This document shows, in pieces, positions 29,526 to 38,245 of a stretch of 64,000 bases of DNA. The notes below the pieces were generated by a model. That model had not been told where the DNA came from. It ran no database searches and worked only from the letters and a program-made list of their open reading frames with translations. Origin of the DNA: a candidate division FCPU426 bacterium (GTDB lineage: Bacteria; Oederibacteriota; JAAXVQ01; JAUVAV01); the NCBI GenBank assembly GCA_040756875.1, contig JBFLYH010000001.1, forward strand, positions 1,148,878-1,212,877. Reading direction: 5' to 3'. Position 1 is the stretch's first letter, and each line of letters opens with the position of its first letter. The translations under genes were made by a program, and so were the position numbers.

Positions 29526-30431
29526 TCACTTCTTCCGCAAGGCGGCTTTCGGCTTCCGCGTCCCGGCGGCCCGCCGGGGACGGGCGACCGGCTTCCGGCC
29601 GCGGGGCTTGCCCGTTTTTTTATCGCCGCTCCCTTTGCGCGGGGCCGGATTGGGAAGCGCGTTTTCCAGCCGCTCCAGCAGCAGGCCGATCAGCACCAGG
29701 GTTTTCAATACCGGTCCCGGTTCGCCGGCCGGAAGGGACCGTACCAGGCTCAACGCGCCGGCGCACAAGTGGCCCAGGCCTTCGAGCTCCTGTTTCAGGC
29801 GGGGGCCGGACAAGTCCGGCATCAGCAGCAGGGGCGGGTCCTGGGTCAGGAGCGCCACCACGTCGCCGGGCCGGATCTCGGACTGGTGGAACAGGTGTTC
29901 CAAGCGCCGCTTGAGCCGCAGGCCCGCGGCCTCCAGCGCCTCGGCGAAACGGCCGGACAGGAACGCCTGGCGGGTGGCGTCCACGATTTCCTTGGTCATG
30001 AGCATGGACCCGAACAGCCGCTCGCGCTCTTGCTCCTGGCTGTCGCGGTTGGAGGCTTGCAGGCGGGCCGCCACCTGCTGTTCGACCAGCGCCCGGCGTT
30101 CGGGGGTCGGCGTTTCGCCTTTGATCGCGATTTGTTGGTGGTCCGGCCGCCGTACCAGGCTGATTTTCACGTTCATGCCTTTGATCCACTGGTTGGAAAG
30201 GCGTATCTGATGCAAATCGTTCCAGCGGGATTCGGATAAAAACCCGGCCAGGTCCGCGGAAACGCCCTCCCATGTACTGCGTTCGCCGCCGACCCGTTCC
30301 AGCACCGCCTCCAGGCGGGTGTCCTCGTCGAAAACCATGCCGTCGAGAACCGTCCGGCACAAGCTGACAAATTGGGCCGGGCCGAATTCAAGATTCAAAC
30401 GGTAATTCAGGTCCAAGTGCGTGCCGTTCAT
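29526..30431 (-). CDS. Hypothetical protein with C-terminal TIGR02391 (Ymh)-like domain
   Basis: EIVDATRQAFLSGRFAEALEAA...PLL...ELEGLGHLCAGA pattern; Lys/Arg-rich tail. Confidence 0.55.
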   Translation of the reverse strand: MNGTHLDLNYRLNLEFGPAQFVSLCRTVLDGMVFDEDTRLEAVLERVGGERSTWEGVSADLAGFLSESRWNDLHQIRLSNQWIKGMNVKISLVRRPDHQQIAIKGETPTPERRALVEQQVAARLQASNRDSQEQERERLFGSMLMTKEIVDATRQAFLSGRFAEALEAAGLRLKRRLEHLFHQSEIRPGDVVALLTQDPPLLLMPDLSGPRLKQELEGLGHLCAGALSLVRSLPAGEPGPVLKTLVLIGLLLERLENALPNPAPRKGSGDKKTGKPRGRKPVARPRRAAGTRKPKAALRKK

Positions 30432-30484
30432 GTGTAACCCCCTTGAGTGGCGTGTGCAACCGAAAGATACCCGTCCACTTCATT

Positions 30485-31429
30485 TTATCCAAGCGGCTGC
30501 AGACTGGCCAGGGTATTTTTTATGACGGCCGCGGACTGGCGCAGGGCGGCCAGTTCTTCCGCATCCAGGCCGAGCTCCAGAATCCGCTCAATGCCGTTCT
30601 TGCCCACCACCGACGGCAGCGACAAGGCCACGTTTTGGAGGCCGTAGCTGTCCGCCTGCACGCTGCTGACCGGCAGCACGCGGTGTTCGTCGCGCAAAAC
30701 GGCGGCCGTGATCTGCACCAGGGCCAGACCGATGGCGTAGAAAGTGGCGCCTTTGCGGCTGATGATCTCGTACGCCGCCCGTTTGACCTGGTCAAGCAGC
30801 GCCGGATACCGGTTCTCCGGTTCGCAGGTGCCGCAGTCCGCGCAATATTTTTTAATGGGCACGCCGCCGATGGTGGCCGCGCTCCACGCCGCCACCTCCG
30901 AATCGCCGTGCTCGCCGATGATCATGGCGTGGATGTTGCGCGCGTCTACCCGGCAATGTTCGGCCAGCAGCGACCGCAGCCGGGCGCTGTCGAGCACCGT
31001 GCCCGATCCCAGGACCCGCTCCCGGGGCAGGCCCGACGCCTGCCAGGCCACCTGGGTCAGCACATCCACGGGATTGGAGGTGATCAGCAACACCCCCTTG
31101 AACCCCGAATTCATGATCAGGGGCATCATGCCCGCGATGATCCGGACGTTGCGGCCGGCCAGGTCCAGCCGGCTTTCACCCGGCTTTTGTTTGGCGCCGG
31201 CGGTGATGACCACCACCTCCGCGTCCCCGCAGTCTTCGTACGTGCCGGTGCGGATGCTCACGGGTTTCGCGAACGCCACGCCGTGGTGCAAATCCATGAC
31301 CTCGCCCTCGGCCCGTTCGCGGTTCATGTCCAGCAGGACGATTTCCCGCGCCACGCCGCTGATCATCAGGGCATAGGCGAAGGTGGCCCCGACCGAACCG
31401 GCACCGATGATTACGACTTTCTGTTTCAT
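30485..31429 (-). CDS. ldh: L-lactate dehydrogenase
   Basis: GAGSVG, TAGAKQKPGESRLDL, NPVD, LDSAR, GEHGDS, KGATFYAIG. Confidence 0.95.
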   Translation of the reverse strand: MKQKVVIIGAGSVGATFAYALMISGVAREIVLLDMNRERAEGEVMDLHHGVAFAKPVSIRTGTYEDCGDAEVVVITAGAKQKPGESRLDLAGRNVRIIAGMMPLIMNSGFKGVLLITSNPVDVLTQVAWQASGLPRERVLGSGTVLDSARLRSLLAEHCRVDARNIHAMIIGEHGDSEVAAWSAATIGGVPIKKYCADCGTCEPENRYPALLDQVKRAAYEIISRKGATFYAIGLALVQITAAVLRDEHRVLPVSSVQADSYGLQNVALSLPSVVGKNGIERILELGLDAEELAALRQSAAVIKNTLASLQPLG

Positions 31430-31662
31430 GGCCCTCACCCCTTTCATTAATCCCAAATATTTTTAAGCAGGCACAGGTACCCACGGCGTGTAACAGACTG
31501 TGCTGTATTTGCTTTCCCCATCCTGCCCGTGTCCATCCGTGTGCATCCGTGGCTCATGGGGCCTCTTTTTATTAGACCCCTGTCCGTTCGCCTCCCACCG
31601 CGAAAAAGCGCTGGCTGCGGGGCGGGTTCGATAGTAGAATACAGCCTCCATTTTTCCCAAAG

Positions 31663-32439
31663 GTGAAGCCATCCATGCCCAGCCACGCTTCGTCCGCCTT
31701 CCAGCCGCCGGTGATCGTCCTGGTCAGGCCCCAGCTGGCGGAAAACATCGGCGCCACGGCCCGCGCCATGGTGAATTTCGGCGGCCGCGACCTCCGCCTG
31801 GTCGCGCCCCGCGAGTTCGACCAGGCCCTGGCCGAACGCATGGCCTGCGACGGCCGGGACATCTTCCTGCGTCGGCAGGTCTATCCGGACCTGGCGTCCG
31901 CCCCGGCTGACTGCGCCTACGCCCTGGCCACGTCCCGGCGCCTGCGCCGCGTCAAAATACCGCCCCTTGACCCCCGGGCCGCCGCGGAACGGCTGGCCGC
32001 GCTCCCGCCGTCGAGCCGGAAAGCCCTGGTGTTCGGATCCGAGCAGGCCGGCCTGACCAATGAAGAGTTGTTTCTCTGCGACGCGGCCAGCACCATTCCG
32101 GTCACCGAACAAGGCAGCCTGAACCTGGCCCAGGCCGTGGTGGTCTACTGCTACGAATGGTTCACCGCCTCCCGCCAGGCCCGGCCCCTGCCCTATACGC
32201 CGGAACGTCCGGCCACGCACGAGGAAAAGCAGCGGATTTACGATCTACTGTCCTCCCTGCTGCTGGCGGCGGACTACCAGCCGCGCAGCCGCTTCCCCGA
32301 ATTCCTCCGCCGCGTGAAGCTGCTGTTTGAAAACCGGCTCCTGACCCACCGCGAGCAGAGGATCCTGCTCAAAGTCCTGCGTTATCTGGAAAAAGGGATT
32401 GCGGTGAAGCCCCCCGGGCGAAGCCCGGGGCACCACTAA
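31663..32439 (+). CDS. TrmJ/LasT family SPOUT RNA methyltransferase
   Basis: ENIGATARAMVNFG, VFGSEQAGLTNEEL, SLNLAQAV. Confidence 0.9.
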   Translation: MKPSMPSHASSAFQPPVIVLVRPQLAENIGATARAMVNFGGRDLRLVAPREFDQALAERMACDGRDIFLRRQVYPDLASAPADCAYALATSRRLRRVKIPPLDPRAAAERLAALPPSSRKALVFGSEQAGLTNEELFLCDAASTIPVTEQGSLNLAQAVVVYCYEWFTASRQARPLPYTPERPATHEEKQRIYDLLSSLLLAADYQPRSRFPEFLRRVKLLFENRLLTHREQRILLKVLRYLEKGIAVKPPGRSPGHH

Positions 32440-32535
32440 ACGTCCTCGCAGCGCCGGTTAAGTCGCCAGGCGACATCCCGCAACGCTTGATGACGATTTT
32501 ATTCCCAAGCATGCCCGGAGTCTTGAGCGTTGCGG

Positions 32536-32574
32536 AAAAAAAATAGCCGGGATATTCCGCGGAATATCCCGGCT
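32536..32574 (-). terminator. Rho-independent terminator after the SOR gene
   Basis: AGCCGGGATATTCC-GC-GGAATATCCCGGCT palindrome with an A-tract on + (U-tract on -). Confidence 0.8.
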
Positions 32575-32591
32575 GCGCTTTTCTCGCCTGC

Positions 32592-33023
32592 TCAGACCTT
32601 GATTTCAGCCATCCAGCTCCCGTGGATATTGCAATGCTCGATCACGGTCAGGGTGCCGTGCTGGTCGGACTTCAAATGCACGCCGACGGCGGCCTGCAGG
32701 TTCGCGCTGTAGATCTGGTACCGCGCCTGCAGTTTTTTGTCCAGGTACACGTCAATCCACTGGATCCAGTGGTCGCTCTGCATGGGGTGCGGCACGGAGC
32801 CGACCTTGATCTGGATGTCCCGGCAGATGCCCGGCATCAGGCCGCAATGGTCGTAGGCCGTGATGACCGGCACGTGCTTCTCCTTGCCTTCCTTCGAGGC
32901 CGGGTGAACGGCTTCGGCGTCCTCGTTGAACTTCTCGCGCGGGGAAAAGCAGACCGGGCAAATATCCGGCGCCGACCCGAACTCGATATGGCCGCATACG
33001 GTGCACACAAACATTTTTTCCAT
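32592..33023 (-). CDS. Superoxide reductase (desulfoferrodoxin family) with N-terminal rubredoxin-like domain
   Basis: CTVCGH...CPVC, followed by SOR ligands EKHVP, HPM, HWI, CNIHG. Confidence 0.9.
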   Translation of the reverse strand: MEKMFVCTVCGHIEFGSAPDICPVCFSPREKFNEDAEAVHPASKEGKEKHVPVITAYDHCGLMPGICRDIQIKVGSVPHPMQSDHWIQWIDVYLDKKLQARYQIYSANLQAAVGVHLKSDQHGTLTVIEHCNIHGSWMAEIKV

Positions 33024-33068
33024 CTTTCCTACCCTCCTTGGTTGATTCCCCTCCTGGCTTTCAGACGA

Positions 33069-35627
33069 TCAGTCTTCCCAGGTAATCAAATTGGTCTCGA
33101 AGGGCTGGGCCATTTCCGGATGGTTGGGCCTCACCCGCACGGTAAAGGCATGGTTGCCCGTGGCGCCGCACGGCACCACGCCCTGGTAAAGGGCGCGCCC
33201 GCCCTTGATATCGCCTTCGGGCTGCATGGGCGCCACTTCGGCGGCGTACAGGTTCTGCTTGCTGTCCAGCAGGCCGTACCGGATTTCCACCCGCACGTCC
33301 TCGGGTGACAGCGAACCCAGTTTCACGGTGGCCCGCACAGGCAGATGGGAACCGACCGGAAGCTCCCGAGCGGTTTCCGCCTCCACCTTTTCGACCTTGA
33401 GCTGGTCCCAGGCCGCGGCCACCTTGGCTTTCCAGGCCGCGACCTGCTTGGCCAGCTGGCAGTTGTCGCCGCGCAGGCGGACCAAGCGCTCCACGCCCGG
33501 AATATAAAAGCGGTCCGTGTATTCCATGATCATGCGGTTGGTGTTGAAGACCGGGCCCAGGCTGGTCATGGAGCGCTTCATCAGCCGGGTCCAGTTTTCC
33601 GGGACATTGTCCGGCCCCCGGTCGTAGAACAGGGGGATGATCTCGTTTTCCAGGATCTGGTAAAACGCCGCGCTCTCTACGGTGTCTTGGTACTCGGTGT
33701 TGGTGTATTCCTCCCCGCGGCCGATGGCCCAGCCGTTCTTGCCGTTGTAGCCCTCGTCCCACCAGCCGTCGAGGATGGAGCAGTTGATGCCGCCGTTGAA
33801 AATAACCTTCATCCCCGAAGTGCCCGAAGCTTCCATGGGCCGCCGGGGATTGTTCAGCCACACGTCCACGCCCTGCACCAGATAGTGGGCGCAATTGAGG
33901 TCATAATCCTCCAGGAAAACCAGCCGCCGCCTCAGTTCGGGCCGGCGGGCCAGCCGGATGACTTCCTGGATCAGGCGTTTCCCCGGTTCGTCGTGGGGGT
34001 GCGCCTTGCCGGCGAAAATGATCTGGAACGGCCGGTGCCGGTCGGTCATCAGTTTGATCAGGCGCTCGATGTCGCTGAAGATCAAGGTGGCCCGTTTGTA
34101 GGTGGCGAAGCGGCGCGCGAACCCGAAGGTGAGGCTTTCGGGATCCAGGACCTGGGAGGCCATTTCCACTTCCTCCTGCGAGGCCCCGCGGTCGATCAAC
34201 TGCTGGTGCAGCTTGCGGCGCACGTAGGCCACCAGGCGCTCGCGCCGGCGCTCGTGGGTGCGCCAGAGTTCGGCCGACGGGATGTCGCCGATGCGCTCCC
34301 AGATCTTCTGGTCTCCCGGTTCCTCCACCCAGCGGGGGCCGAGATAACGGTCGAAGAGTTCGGACATTTCCATAGAGATCCAGGAATTGACGTGCACGCC
34401 GTTGGTGATGTGGTTGATGGGGATTTCCTCGACCGGCAGCTTGGGCCAGAGGTTCTGCCACATTTTGCGGGACACGCGGCCGTGCAGCCTGGCCACGCCG
34501 TTGGTGGTGGCCGACAGCTTCAGCGCCAGGATGGCCATGGAGAAAAATTCACTGCCGTCCCCCGGATTGACCCGCCCCAGGCCGAGGAAGTCCTGCATGG
34601 AGATTCCCAGCCTGGCGCCCAAGGGGGCGAGATAGCGTTCGATCATGTCCGGCCCGAACACGTCGATTCCGGCCGGCACCGGCGTATGGGTGGTGAAGGT
34701 ATTGCTGGCCTGGACGACTTCGCGGGCTTCAGCGAAGCTCAGGTGGTCGGTCTGCATATGATAGGCGATACGCTCCACGCCCAGGAAAGCCGAGTGGCCT
34801 TCGTTCATGTGCGTGGCGCAGGGCAGCAGGTTCAGTTTGTCCAGGGCCCGCACGCCGCCCACGCCCAGGATGATTTCCTGCTGCAGCCGCAATTCGCGGT
34901 CCCCGCCGTAGAGCTGGGCCGTAATGGCGCGGTCCTCGGGCCGGTTTTGGGCCAGATTGGTGCTCAACAGGTAAAGGGGAATGCGGCCGACCTGCACTTT
35001 CCAGATCTGCACCAGGACTTTGCGCCCCGGAAATTCCACCTCCACCAGCAGCGGGCGCTGGTCCTTGTCCCGCACCATGGTCAGGGGCATGTTGAAAAAA
35101 TCGTTTTCCGCGTACCGTTCCTGCTGCCAGCCGTCCTGGGTCAAATACTGGCGGAAGTAGCCCTGATGATACGCCAGCCCCACGCCCACCAACGGCACGC
35201 CCAGGTCGCTGGAGGATTTCAGGTGGTCGCCGGCCAGCACGCCCAGGCCGCCGGAATAAATCGGCAGGCCTTCGCTCACGCCGAATTCCGCCGAAAAATA
35301 AGCGACCTGGAACGGTTGTTCCTTGGTCCAGCGGTTTTGGAACCAGGTTTTCCTGGCCATGTATCCGTAGAAATTAGCCATTACGCGGTTCAAATGGAAG
35401 AGGAAGCCCTCGTCCTTGGCCAGTTCCTGCAGGCGTTCCTGCGAAACCAGGCTGAAAAATCTGATGGGATTGTGCCCGCTGGCGGTCCAGAGGTCGGGAT
35501 TGATATGGCGGAAAATGCTGAATGCATCCGCGTTCCACCCCCACCAGTAATTGTATGCCAGTTCCCGCAAAGGCAGGAGCTCGTCAGGAAAGGTGGGGAT
35601 GACATTGAAGGTGTGGACGTATTTCAT
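33069..35627 (-). CDS. glgP: Alpha-glucan (glycogen) phosphorylase
   Basis: YSGGLGVLAGD, NEGH, FARRFATYKR, EASGTSGMK. Confidence 0.96.
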   Translation of the reverse strand: MKYVHTFNVIPTFPDELLPLRELAYNYWWGWNADAFSIFRHINPDLWTASGHNPIRFFSLVSQERLQELAKDEGFLFHLNRVMANFYGYMARKTWFQNRWTKEQPFQVAYFSAEFGVSEGLPIYSGGLGVLAGDHLKSSSDLGVPLVGVGLAYHQGYFRQYLTQDGWQQERYAENDFFNMPLTMVRDKDQRPLLVEVEFPGRKVLVQIWKVQVGRIPLYLLSTNLAQNRPEDRAITAQLYGGDRELRLQQEIILGVGGVRALDKLNLLPCATHMNEGHSAFLGVERIAYHMQTDHLSFAEAREVVQASNTFTTHTPVPAGIDVFGPDMIERYLAPLGARLGISMQDFLGLGRVNPGDGSEFFSMAILALKLSATTNGVARLHGRVSRKMWQNLWPKLPVEEIPINHITNGVHVNSWISMEMSELFDRYLGPRWVEEPGDQKIWERIGDIPSAELWRTHERRRERLVAYVRRKLHQQLIDRGASQEEVEMASQVLDPESLTFGFARRFATYKRATLIFSDIERLIKLMTDRHRPFQIIFAGKAHPHDEPGKRLIQEVIRLARRPELRRRLVFLEDYDLNCAHYLVQGVDVWLNNPRRPMEASGTSGMKVIFNGGINCSILDGWWDEGYNGKNGWAIGRGEEYTNTEYQDTVESAAFYQILENEIIPLFYDRGPDNVPENWTRLMKRSMTSLGPVFNTNRMIMEYTDRFYIPGVERLVRLRGDNCQLAKQVAAWKAKVAAAWDQLKVEKVEAETARELPVGSHLPVRATVKLGSLSPEDVRVEIRYGLLDSKQNLYAAEVAPMQPEGDIKGGRALYQGVVPCGATGNHAFTVRVRPNHPEMAQPFETNLITWED

Positions 35628-35800
35628 GGCTGCTCCTCCGATTGGTTAACGTATTGTACGGAATGGCTCCGAGTAGCGCAAGGTCATTTCTGCGTTATTC
35701 ACCGACCGATTTCTATAATAGGATAAGCGAAACGACCGTGCACAGGCTGGACCGCCCCCCGGCGCATCCGTTATTTAGCATCGGCCGGTTCGAGGTTAAA

Positions 35801-35829
35801 TTGACAATAAAAGGCCTTTTCCTTAGAAT
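35801..35829 (+). promoter_or_regulatory. Sigma70-type promoter
   Basis: TTGACA-N17-TAGAAT about 50 bp upstream of the YchF-like gene. Confidence 0.75.
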
Positions 35830-35878
35830 ATGAAGCCAATTCTTTTAATCTTATCAGGCAGCAAGAAAAGAGGCACTC

Positions 35879-36928
35879 ATGGACGTCGGTTTGGTAGGCG
35901 CACAAGCATGCGGTAAAACCACACTGTTTGAATTACTGAGCAGTACCCACGGCGCTTTCCTGTCGCCTGATAAAGCCAATACCGCCACGGTGGACGTGCC
36001 GGACGAACGCGTGGACCAGTTGAGCGCGCTGTTTAAACCGCCCAAAATCACCTATGCGAAAATCACCTTTACGGACATCAACCACCTGTCCCCGGGTGAC
36101 CGCGAAAACAACAACCAGGCCCTGGGCCACCTCAAGCTGATGGACGCCCTGGCCGTGGTGGTCAATGGGTTCGGCCCGGGGCGCAACGGCGCGGGCATGA
36201 AAGCGGAGCTGGAGTTCTGCCTGTCGGAGATGATTTTTTCGGATTTGGAACAGGTGGAACGCAAACTGCAGCGCCTGCAAAAAAGCAAGCCGGCAACCAT
36301 CGCCGGCAGGCCGGAAGCCGAGGTTTTCCAGGAATTGGCCGATACCCTGGGCGCCGGAAAGCGCCTGGCCGGCCTGAATTACCCCGCAGACCTGTTCAAG
36401 GAGCTCCAGTCCTACAGCTTCCTCACGCTCAAACCCCTGTTCGTGGTCATCAACCTGTCCGAAGAACAGGGCCTGAAGGGCCCCCAGGGCCTGGACGATT
36501 TCCTGGCCGACATTTCGGCCCAGGGCTTGGCCGGGGTGCGCGTTTTCGCCAAACTGGAGAAAGACCTGCAGGAGCTTCCGCCCGAAGAGCGCGCGTCTTT
36601 TGCCGCGGAATACCAGCTGCCGCTCGACGGCAAAAACCTCTTCATCCAGCAGGCCTACGCCACGGCCGGGTTCATGAGTTTCCTGACCGCGGGCGACACC
36701 GAAGTCCGGGCCTGGACCGTGCGCCAGGGCTGCCCCATCCGCGAGGCGGCCGGCGTGATCCACAAGGATTTGATGAACTTTTTCGTGCGGGCCGAAGTGA
36801 TCCACTACCAGAAGCTGCTGGAGTGCGGATCAGAGCACGAGGCGGTCAAGCGCGGCTGGATGCGGTCCGAGAAAAAGGAATACGCGCTCCAGGACGGCGA
36901 CGTGGTGCACATCCTGGCGAGCAAGTAA
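35879..36928 (+). CDS. YchF-like Obg-family NTPase with TGS/DUF933 domain (divergent)
   Basis: VPDERVDQLS, FLTLKP, FLTAG.EVRAWT, AGVIH, FVRAEV, Y..QDGD. Confidence 0.88.
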   Translation: MDVGLVGAQACGKTTLFELLSSTHGAFLSPDKANTATVDVPDERVDQLSALFKPPKITYAKITFTDINHLSPGDRENNNQALGHLKLMDALAVVVNGFGPGRNGAGMKAELEFCLSEMIFSDLEQVERKLQRLQKSKPATIAGRPEAEVFQELADTLGAGKRLAGLNYPADLFKELQSYSFLTLKPLFVVINLSEEQGLKGPQGLDDFLADISAQGLAGVRVFAKLEKDLQELPPEERASFAAEYQLPLDGKNLFIQQAYATAGFMSFLTAGDTEVRAWTVRQGCPIREAAGVIHKDLMNFFVRAEVIHYQKLLECGSEHEAVKRGWMRSEKKEYALQDGDVVHILASK

Positions 36929-36979
36929 ACCGTTCAACCTTTTCCCACCCTGGAGCCCATTGGGTGTCCCCGCGAGGCG

Positions 36980-38044
36980 CTACTCCTTTTCCAATTCCCG
37001 GCTGAACGCGACCAGGCGGTCCAGTTTTTCCCGGACCTTGCCCGAGCGGATCAATTCCCGCGCCCGCTCCGCGCCGGCCTTGAAATCCCTTTCCATCCCA
37101 GCCACCACCAGCACGGCCGCGGCGTTCATGAGCACGGCGTCCAGCTTGGGCCCGGGTTCGCCCGCGAACACGGATTTGAGGATCGCGGCGTTTTGGTCGG
37201 CATCGCCGCCGTGCAGGTCCTCGGGGTTGGCTGTCTTCAAGCCGAAGTCCGCCGGCGAGACCATGTAGGTTTTCACCTCGCGGCCGGTCCACTCGGCCAC
37301 CGTGCTCGGGCCGGTGAGGGACAATTCATCCAGCGTGCCGTGGCCGTGCACCACCATGGCCCGCTTGAGGCCCAGCTGGCCCAGCACCCGGGCCATGGTC
37401 TCGGTCAATTTGGCCTCGTACACCCCGAGCACCTGGACATTGGCGTGCGCCGGATTGGTCAACGGGCCGAGCAGGTTGAAGACCGTCCGCAATCCCAGCT
37501 CGCGCCGGGGCCCGCCGGCGTGCTTCATGGCCAGGTGGAAGGCCGGCGCGAACAGGAAACCGATCCCCACTTCTTCGATGCAGCGTTTGACCTGGGCCGG
37601 CGTCAGTTTCAGGCTCACGCCCAGGCGTTCCAGCACGTCCGCGCTGCCGCAGCGCGAGGACACCGCCCGGTTGCCGTGCTTGGCCACGGTAAAGCCCGCG
37701 GCCGCGGCCACGAAGGCCACGGCCGTGGAAATGTTGAAGGTCTGGCCCTGGTCCCCGCCGGTCCCGCAGGTGTCCACGATGAGTTCCTCGGCCTGGTTTT
37801 GACCGTCGCTTTCCACGGCCACGGTTTTGCCGCGCACCTCGAGCGGCGCGGCGAGCGCGCGCATGGCCAGGGCGCAGCCCGTGATTTCATCCACGGTTTC
37901 GCCCTTCATGCGCAGGGCGGTGATAAACGCGCCGATCTGCGCGGGCGTGGCTTCCCCGCCCATAATGAACTCCATCACCCGTCGGGCCTCGTCCTGGGAC
38001 AGATCCTGCCGGTTGACCACTTTAGCCAATGCCGCCTGAATCAC
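36980..38044 (-). CDS. trpD: Anthranilate phosphoribosyltransferase
   Basis: DTCGTGGD, TFNIST, KHGNR, RTVFNLLGPLTNP. Confidence 0.95.
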   Translation of the reverse strand: MIQAALAKVVNRQDLSQDEARRVMEFIMGGEATPAQIGAFITALRMKGETVDEITGCALAMRALAAPLEVRGKTVAVESDGQNQAEELIVDTCGTGGDQGQTFNISTAVAFVAAAAGFTVAKHGNRAVSSRCGSADVLERLGVSLKLTPAQVKRCIEEVGIGFLFAPAFHLAMKHAGGPRRELGLRTVFNLLGPLTNPAHANVQVLGVYEAKLTETMARVLGQLGLKRAMVVHGHGTLDELSLTGPSTVAEWTGREVKTYMVSPADFGLKTANPEDLHGGDADQNAAILKSVFAGEPGPKLDAVLMNAAAVLVVAGMERDFKAGAERARELIRSGKVREKLDRLVAFSRELEKE

Positions 38045-38245
38045 ATTGCACCTCCGTCTGAAACTGCGGCCACGGAGCCGCGCCGGTTCGAATTATACCA
38101 GCGCCCGCCTTCCGGGGCAAAACCAAACTGGCCTTCCCCGGACTTCCGGCCCGGGTCCGCGTTGCTCCGGCCGCATAACAATCAAAATCCAATTGCCGCT
38201 TTACGGCCTTTGAGCTAAGATCGTTCTATTCGGAGGAACCAATCC

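Noticed and set aside
33345-35726. 793-aa plus-strand ORF, and similar long ORFs at 2912-4618, 17351-19507, 44441-46213 and 56394-58199
   Set aside because: Antisense shadows of well-supported genes (glgP, MCP, btuB, GGDEF-EAL, macB). Expected in high-GC DNA and lacking recognisable motifs.
36980-38044. trpD separated from other trp genes
   Set aside because: Dispersed trp genes are common and the motifs are canonical.
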